A DNA stretch of 5,629 bases, from contig CAZNIQ010000009.1 in NCBI GenBank assembly GCA_964573185.1, positions 1-5,629 on the forward strand. The letters are read 5' to 3'. The position numbers and the translations under genes are program-made. Source of the stretch: Candidatus Woesearchaeota archaeon. GTDB taxonomy: Archaea; Nanobdellota; Nanobdellia; Nanobdellales; CAZNIQ01. A model generated the notes under the pieces. The model saw only the letters and a program-made list of their open reading frames with translations, was not told where the DNA came from and did no database searches. This document shows positions 1 through 4,113 of this stretch, piece by piece (positions within the stretch are counted from its first letter, which is position 1; each line of letters starts with the position of its first letter).

Positions 1-74
1 TTGTAATAAAAGGTGGCAGGATTATCGCAGATGGAATATCTATTGATGAAGCTGTAGAATTGTTGAAGAAATGA
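1..74 (+). CDS. 3' end of an unidentified CDS entering from the left edge (...VIKGGRIIADGISIDEAVELLKK*)
   Basis: Frame 3 is open from the window edge to TGA at 72-74 and is followed by T-runs at 75-79 and 83-87. Only about 23 codons are visible, so no family call is possible. Confidence 0.3.
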   Translation, partial: VIKGGRIIADGISIDEAVELLKK

Positions 75-82
75 TTTTTAAA
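75..82 (+). promoter_or_regulatory. TATA-like box (TTTTTAAA) positioned for a leaderless transcript starting at ATG 103
   Basis: The box centre lies about 24-25 nt upstream of ATG 103, matching archaeal TATA-to-TSS spacing. This is motif and geometry only. Confidence 0.3.
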
Positions 83-102
83 TTTTTCTTGATTATCATT
101 GC

Positions 103-464
103 ATGACAGTATATATATTTAAAAAGCCGGTAGGAAGGTTAGAAGAGTTTATTAGGGAAGTAGCCCTGAAAGAAGAAGCGATTGACGAATATGAGAAATA
201 TGAGGAAGCGAGGTATGTGTTGTAGGAAAAGAAATAGAGAAAATACTTTTTTATGATGTAGTAGCATATATCTGGAGCAAAACCATAGAATATATCTTTG
301 ATAAATATTCCTCTTATTCAATTGCAAAATTTAGTATAAAAGTATATGAAGTTCCATTAATGACAATTCTGCAAGAATTTTTCCCTGAATTTGTAGGATT
401 ATTTAAGAATTTAAAAAGATGTGGCCTGAAACTTTATTTATTGTCTATCATACAATCTTTGTAA
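103..464 (+). pseudogene. Small hypothetical gene split by a frameshift. Frame 1 (103-225) gives MTVYIFKKPVGRLEEFIREVALKEEAIDEYEKYEEARYVL*. Frame 3 is open from 204 to 464 and ends ...FPEFVGLFKNLKRCGLKLYLLSIIQSL*.
   Basis: The ATG at 103 has a well-placed TATA box. The frame-1 ORF stops at TAG 223-225. Frame 3 is open for 87 codons (204-464) with no ATG/GTG/TTG until 360, and it overlaps the end of the first ORF by 22 nt. The opposite-strand ORF 139-327 has the F/L-rich composition of an antisense shadow of K/E-rich coding. No family was recognised. Confidence 0.4.
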
Positions 465-489
465 ACTTCTCTATATAATTACGTAAGAC

Positions 490-497
490 TTTTAAAA
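490..497 (+). promoter_or_regulatory. TATA-like box (TTTTAAAA) for the tRNA gene
   Basis: Its centre is about 26-27 nt upstream of position 520-523, just before the mature tRNA 5' end. A second TATA-like element (TTTATAAA, 507-514) sits only about 12 nt from the tRNA and is probably too close. Confidence 0.3.
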
Positions 498-522
498 CTA
501 AAGTTATTTATAAATACTACGT

Positions 523-597
523 AGCGGGGTGGGGCAGCCTGGAGTGCCCGGGGGGCTCATAACCCCCAGGTCCCGGGTTCAAATCCCGGCCCCGCTA
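523..597 (+). tRNA. tRNA-Met: tRNA-Met (anticodon CAT), probably the initiator tRNA; no intron, CCA not encoded
   Basis: Manual cloverleaf: acceptor AGCGGGG(523-529)/CCCCGCT(590-596), D-stem GGGC/GCCC, anticodon stem GGGGG(551-555)/CCCCC(563-567), loop CTCATAA with CAT at 558-560, variable loop AGGTC, T-arm CCGGG-TTCAAAT-CCCGG, discriminator A597. The A1:U72 pair and all-G:C anticodon stem are initiator hallmarks in archaea. The gene is GC-rich in an AT-rich background. Confidence 0.9.
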
Positions 598-623
598 TGG
601 GACATTACTATATAGTGGTAACA

Positions 624-629
624 TTTTTT
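624..629 (+). terminator. T6 run downstream of the tRNA (archaeal oligo-T terminator candidate)
   Basis: TTTTTT lies 27 nt after the tRNA 3' end. Archaeal RNAP terminates at oligo-T tracts. Confidence 0.4.
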
Positions 630-762
630 ATTGATCGTTGAAAATAACAAAAGGAATATAATTCCAAAGTCTAAAGCTACAGGTAAGAAAATTTTAAGAT
701 CAGCTTTATTGTAGTATCTTATGCTTATTGAGATACTTATAACAATTAGGTTAATTTCTTAA

Positions 763-1467
763 AAAGATTTTGAAATAATTTTTACTTTAACAAGAGAATT
801 TAAGAATTTACTTTTAATTTGTATTTCTTCAAATCCCGAAATTGATTCCGAATTACAGAAATATCCTGCAATTTATTCTTCTTATTATCCAATAAAAGTT
901 GTTTTTGGACCCTATAATGCACAAGAACTTTTACAGATTTTGGAAATCCATGCAAAACATGGACTATTTGAAAATACATGGGATAAAGATGTTTTAGCAA
1001 TGATTGCAAAGAGAACATATGATGAAGCTTTTTCAGATGCAAGAATAGCTGTTTTAACTTTGTATAATTTAGCTCAAATTTGTGAGACAAAGGGATTAAA
1101 TAAACTTTCTTCGGAATATGTCGATGAAGCATTTAAACAAGCCGTTAAATTAGCAAAGTATGAACACATTTCGAGAATAAATGATAAAGCTTTCCTTGTT
1201 TTATATTCAATAGGATTGGCTAACAAAAATGGAATAACTTCTAGTTCTGAAATTTACAAGAAATTCTTTACACAGGTTTATTCCAGAGTTTATGGAAATG
1301 TTTTATCAGAAAGGCAGTTTAGAAGATACGTTTCATATTTAAATTCATTTAATCTTGTGAATATCTATAAGAAAAGGAAAGGAGCTGTTACAGCTTTTGA
1401 ATTAGAATGCAATGTTGATTGGAAATTGTTAGAAGAAGAATATGGGAAAAGATTTGAAGAAAAATAG
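763..1467 (+). pseudogene. orc1/cdc6: Orc1/Cdc6 replication-initiator homolog, 5'-truncated remnant: sensor-1-like region, lid and C-terminal winged helix, with no Walker A/B
   Basis: The frame is open only from 763, after TAA at 760-762. Translation gives ...LLLICISSNPEIDSELQKYPAIYSSYYPIKVVFGPYNAQELLQILEIHAKHGL...FSDARIAVLTLYNLAQICE...VDEAFKQAV, then a WH-like part (FLVLYSIGL...SSSEIYKKF...LSERQFRRYVSYLNSFNLVNIYKKRKGAVTAFEL). The F-x-P-Y...EL..IL motif (898-942) and the (G/S)DAR sensor-2 motif (1033-1044) are Orc1/Cdc6 signatures. The first usable start is TTG 940. At most 234 codons are present, against roughly 400 in full-length homologs. Confidence 0.75.
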
Positions 1468-1476
1468 CATCTATTT

Positions 1477-2508
1477 TTATATTTTTCCAAGAACCAAATA
1501 TTCCAATAGTTTTATACCATCTTCTTTTGGCAGCTCTTTCATAGAACCTTGTAAACTTTGTACGCACTTTATTTTATTTAATTTTAATTTTTTAATAATA
1601 TCCTTATTAAATGGTCTTTCATATACTTTCTTAGTGATAAGTTTTATTTTAAATCTATAGGCATAAATGCCATCATCCCATATTTTGCGCTTATCTTCAA
1701 AAGGTGTTGATACTCGTTTAAAGATTCCAGTTATTTTCATTCCCTCCTTTTTATTTTTGCTCTTTTTAATATAAAAAACAAGATAATCTGTTTTATCTTC
1801 TTTCTCTATGCGTTTTATTAAATTTAAATATCTATTATCTTTTACTTCTGGTGGTATTTTTACACCCCATAATTTTTCCTTTAAACACTTTTTGTAATTT
1901 TCAATTGACGTTATCAAAAGCCAAATACGTGCCTTACCCTCATTAAGTTCTCTTTTTATGCTTTCAATTATTGATTTTTTCGTTCCTTTACGTTTCTCTC
2001 TATATTTTTCATATTCTTTCTTATATCCTTCAATAAATTCTTTTTCTAATTTCTTTCCTCTTTTCCAAATTTCATTAAAAATTTTCATCAATTTTCTATA
2101 AGTTTTATATCTTGTGAATCCATAAAGTATTGTATTAATTTCTATATTTCTTTCGAAACCTCCTTTGCTTAAATTAGAAGATCCTATTATTGCTATAAAT
2201 TTATTTTCAAAAGTAAAAACATATAATTTAGTATGAAAATCTTTATCTCTTATTATTCTAACTTCTTTATCTCCTTCTGAACATATTTCATAAAGTTTTC
2301 TTAAAGCTTTAGGAGTAGTAGAACCAAAAGCCCCTACAATTATTCTTATCTTTTTAGCTTTTCTTAAATGCTCCTCTAAAATTTCTATTCCTCCTTTATA
2401 CCTAGCATATGCTACTGCAATGTAAATTTCATCTAAATCTTTTGGTATTTTTTCTTTAATAAAAGCTCCTAATTTTTCAAATAAATTACATTGAATTCTT
2501 GTTGGCAT
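1477..2508 (-). CDS. PLD-family (single HKD) nuclease domain fused to a C-terminal EVE/PUA-like domain; predicted modification-sensing nuclease
   Basis: Intact 343-aa ORF with ATG start and TAA stop. N-terminal part: ...DEIYIAVAYARYKGG...KIRIIVG...FHTKLYVFTFENKFIAIIGSSNLSKGGFERNIE (HxK ... GSxN). A K/E-rich linker spans residues about 131-192. C-terminal part: ARIWLLITSIENYKKCLKEKLWGVK...DYLVFYIKK...ITGIFKRVSTPFEDKRKIWDDGIYAYRFKIKL...GSMKELPKEDGIKLLEYL, matching the archaeal EVE-domain pattern. It has its own TATA-like box upstream. Confidence 0.85.
   Translation of the reverse strand: MPTRIQCNLFEKLGAFIKEKIPKDLDEIYIAVAYARYKGGIEILEEHLRKAKKIRIIVGAFGSTTPKALRKLYEICSEGDKEVRIIRDKDFHTKLYVFTFENKFIAIIGSSNLSKGGFERNIEINTILYGFTRYKTYRKLMKIFNEIWKRGKKLEKEFIEGYKKEYEKYREKRKGTKKSIIESIKRELNEGKARIWLLITSIENYKKCLKEKLWGVKIPPEVKDNRYLNLIKRIEKEDKTDYLVFYIKKSKNKKEGMKITGIFKRVSTPFEDKRKIWDDGIYAYRFKIKLITKKVYERPFNKDIIKKLKLNKIKCVQSLQGSMKELPKEDGIKLLEYLVLGKI
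1480..1932 (-). other. EVE (PUA-like) domain, residues about 193-343
   Basis: Pattern W-x-x-I-T-S...N...LWGV...(D)YLVFY...I-x-G-I-F-x-V-x-S-x-P-F-x-D...Y-x-Y-R-F-K-I-K...ELPxED is typical of archaeal stand-alone EVE (formerly DUF55) proteins. W196 codon verified at 1921-1923. Confidence 0.7.
2119..2508 (-). other. PLD-like nuclease domain (residues about 1-130) with HKD motif at nt 2167-2235
   Basis: H92-T-K94-LYVF-T99...G109-S-S-N112-L-S. The His codon was verified at 2233-2235 (ATG on the plus strand, CAT on the minus). The canonical Asp of HxK(x)4D is Thr here. There is one HKD copy per chain, which implies a dimeric active site as in Nuc and BfiI. Confidence 0.75.
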
Positions 2509-2519
2509 AAATTATAATT

Positions 2520-2527
2520 TTTATATA
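2520..2527 (+). promoter_or_regulatory. TATA-like box (TTTATATA) for the divergent decayed ORF starting at 2548
   Basis: Its centre is about 24-25 nt upstream of ATG 2548. It sits back to back with the minus-strand box at 2528-2535 inside a 39-bp divergent spacer. Confidence 0.3.
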
Positions 2528-2535
2528 CTTTAAAA
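2528..2535 (-). promoter_or_regulatory. TATA-like box (TTTTAAAG on the minus strand) for the PLD-EVE gene
   Basis: It spans -27 to -20 relative to the ATG at 2508 on the minus strand, consistent with a leaderless or near-leaderless transcript. Confidence 0.35.
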
Positions 2536-2547
2536 TGATATTATATA

Positions 2548-2989
2548 ATGAGGCTTGTATCTATTTTACCTAGATATCCAGTTTACATTATTAAACCTAG
2601 AAAAGCAAAAGTAGGATTTTGTAAACTTATAAGAGCACCCACTAAGGATAAAATTATGTAATACAAACAAAAATTTCTAGATACAATTGCAAATATATTA
2701 AAAGAGAAATTGGAATTAGAACAAGGTATAGAATTGGAGTTAAAGAGGGAGAAAGAACTATAGCTAGAAATAAAGAATATATTGCAAATTTTACAGTATA
2801 TATTATCTGATCATATATAGATTAGAAGATATCTACAAATTCTACACAGAAATAGGCTTTACTATTAAAAGAAAAAGAGATAAGCTAGCTTATGTCCTAT
2901 TCCTTTTATTAAATTACGATCCTAAAACTGCGTTAAAGAAGTTTAAGGAAAGATTTGCTAAAATTGGAAGAGAATATATTTTATTTTAA
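2548..2989 (+). pseudogene. Decayed ORF (three in-frame stops plus one frameshift) resembling a LAGLIDADG homing-endonuclease core that lacks the N-terminal LAGLIDADG helix
   Basis: Frame 1 reads MRLVSILPRYPVYIIKPRKAKVGFCKLIRAPTKDKIM*(TAA 2659-2661)YKQKFLDTIANILKEKLELEQGIELELKREKEL*(TAG 2761-2763)LEIKNILQILQYILSDHI*(TAG 2818-2820). It then shifts to frame 2 (2822-2989): LEDIYKFYTEIGFTIKRKRDKLAYVLFLLLNYDPKTALKKFKERFAKIGREYILF*. The segment order and motifs (..IKP..K..F.., FLD.....GI, ..KF...IGF..K.K..KL) parallel I-CreI-type LAGLIDADG enzymes as I recall them. No LAGLIDADG helix is present, because the frame closes at TGA 2536-2538. Confidence 0.45.
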
Positions 2990-3026
2990 TATTGTGATTA
3001 TTTCAAAAAAGTTTACTACCAAAAGG

Positions 3027-3034
3027 CTTATAAA
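3027..3034 (+). promoter_or_regulatory. TATA-like box (CTTATAAA) preceded by purine-rich AAAAGG (BRE-like), for the three-gene operon
   Basis: Its centre is about 26 nt upstream of ATG 3056, implying a leaderless mRNA. A second box (GTTATAAAA, about 3046-3054) could instead serve the internal ATG 3110 with a short leader. Confidence 0.4.
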
Positions 3035-3055
3035 CACTACTGTAAAGTTATAAAA

Positions 3056-3832
3056 ATGGTTTCAATAAAAGATTATTTGGCTTACTTAAAATACCTCTTA
3101 ACAGAGAGAATGTCTAGAAGAGCCTTTTTAAAAGCGCTTTTGTTAGGAGGCACAGTGGCTTTAGGCGGTTATATTTCTGGAAATACCATATTTAAAACTG
3201 TAGAGACTGTTACTCGAACTGTAACTGAGAGATACACCAAAACTAAAACATATATACAGACTGTTACACAAACATATACAGAAAGGATAAAAGAAGTACC
3301 TGAATGTAAAGGTTACGCTTCTATTGTTGGTAAAGGATTAACAAGGATACTAATTGAAGAGGATGGAGAAGTACGAGAGGTCACAGCTATATGGGCATGG
3401 GATCAAGTTAGGAAAAGGAGTGTCTTAATAGCTCCAAAGAATATAGATGATGTATTAGAGATGGTAGACTATGCTATTAAAGTAGGGAAAGAAAGAGGAT
3501 ACATTGAAAAAGGAGAGGTGGAAAATAATGTTTGTGCAGCAACAGAAGGCAGAATTTGCCCAGTAACAGTATTAGATCCTGTATACATTAAAATAGGAGA
3601 CCTAAATGGAAAGGCCGTTCAGGTATATAGAGGGGAAGCTAAATTGACAATAGTACCATACTTTGATTGGAAAGAGAATGCATTGTATGTTTTGAAAGCT
3701 AAATATGACGATAAGGAATTCACTGGACCAAAAAAATATTTAGAATTTGTAAAGGAATTGCCAGGGGAATATAGAGGTTATGCTATAAGAGCTTTAGAAC
3801 AGTTATTAGATAAGAAAATATGTACTTCATAA
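3056..3832 (+). CDS. Tat-signal exported or membrane-anchored protein with a Thr-periodic stalk and an unrecognised globular domain of about 175 aa
   Basis: 258-aa ORF. It has a perfect twin-arginine consensus S-R-R-A-F-L-K (nt 3113-3133), then the hydrophobic stretch ALLLGGTVALGGYISG, then TVETVTRTVTERYTKTKTYIQTVTQTYTE, then a Cys-containing domain with no motif I recognise. An alternative start is ATG 3110 (MSRRAFLK...). It is first in the operon. Confidence 0.85.
   Translation: MVSIKDYLAYLKYLLTERMSRRAFLKALLLGGTVALGGYISGNTIFKTVETVTRTVTERYTKTKTYIQTVTQTYTERIKEVPECKGYASIVGKGLTRILIEEDGEVREVTAIWAWDQVRKRSVLIAPKNIDDVLEMVDYAIKVGKERGYIEKGEVENNVCAATEGRICPVTVLDPVYIKIGDLNGKAVQVYRGEAKLTIVPYFDWKENALYVLKAKYDDKEFTGPKKYLEFVKELPGEYRGYAIRALEQLLDKKICTS
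3197..3283 (+). repeat. Low-complexity coding repeat: alternating-Thr tract built from reiterated ACTGT(A/T) and ACATATA(TA)CAG units
   Basis: Residues 48-76 of the 258-aa protein have Thr at nearly every second position. The DNA shows ACTGTAGAG/ACTGTTACT/ACTGTAACT and two ACATATA(TA)CAG copies. Confidence 0.6.
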
Positions 3833-4113
3833 TCTTTTTACCACTGTTTTTTTCATTAACGTTAGCCAGCTATTTAAATAGAAAAAACATTATTCTATTT
3901 TTAATATTATTATTGTTCTCAATATTATTACCAGATTTTAGAATATTCATTATTGGTACTTCTTTTCTTTTAGTATCCGTAGCGTTATTATTAATAAGAG
4001 CTAGGCTTCTTAGAATAGCATTATTGTTAATTCTTTCTGCAGCTTTGCTTTTATCTTCTGTTTTAGCTGGTGTTCTAGTTCCAGTTCCAACTCCAGCAGT
4101 GCCAATATACTAA
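3820..4113 (+). CDS. Small polytopic membrane protein (97 aa, about 3 predicted TM helices, Pro-rich C-terminus VPVPTPAVPIY)
   Basis: Its ATG at 3820 overlaps the upstream gene by 13 nt. Its TAA (4111-4113) overlaps the downstream ATG (4113-4115) in TAATG. The sequence is strongly hydrophobic (L/I/F/A/V) with short R/K-containing loops. No family was recognised. Confidence 0.65.
   Translation: MYFIIFLPLFFSLTLASYLNRKNIILFLILLLFSILLPDFRIFIIGTSFLLVSVALLLIRARLLRIALLLILSAALLLSSVLAGVLVPVPTPAVPIY

Noticed and set aside
139-327. 62-aa ORF on the minus strand
   Set aside because: It is an F/L-rich antisense-type sequence. The plus strand has a promoter-positioned ATG and more protein-like translations, so I favour plus-strand coding, although that gene is broken.
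828-838. 11-nt identity (TTCAAATCCCG) between the tRNA T-arm (578-588) and the Orc1 remnant, considered as a possible att-site duplication
   Set aside because: The flanks diverge immediately on both sides. The match lies in-frame in the conserved ..SSNPE.. segment. Across a 75-nt query and a 5.6-kb window, an 11-mer match is not far from chance. Real archaeal att repeats are usually 40 bp or more.
800-1132. 110-aa ORF on the minus strand
   Set aside because: It lies entirely antisense to the Orc1/Cdc6-like frame, which has clear family motifs. Its composition (L/K/H-rich, with no motifs) fits a shadow ORF.
1442-1660. 72-aa ORF on the plus strand
   Set aside because: It is antisense to the 3' (EVE) part of the PLD-EVE gene. 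Its F/I/L/S-rich low-complexity sequence is typical of the reverse complement of K/E-rich coding.
2659-2820. In-frame TAA/TAG codons considered as stop-codon recoding rather than decay
   Set aside because: TAA terminates the four well-supported genes in the window (1477-1479 on the minus strand, 3830-3832, 4111-4113, 5586-5588), and a frameshift is also needed at about 2821. Pseudogenisation is the simpler explanation.
2880-2893. Perfect 14-bp palindrome ATAAGCTAGCTTAT
   Set aside because: One 7+7 palindrome in 5.6 kb of AT-rich DNA is about what chance predicts. It lies inside the decayed ORF (encoding DKLAY) and no partner sites are present.
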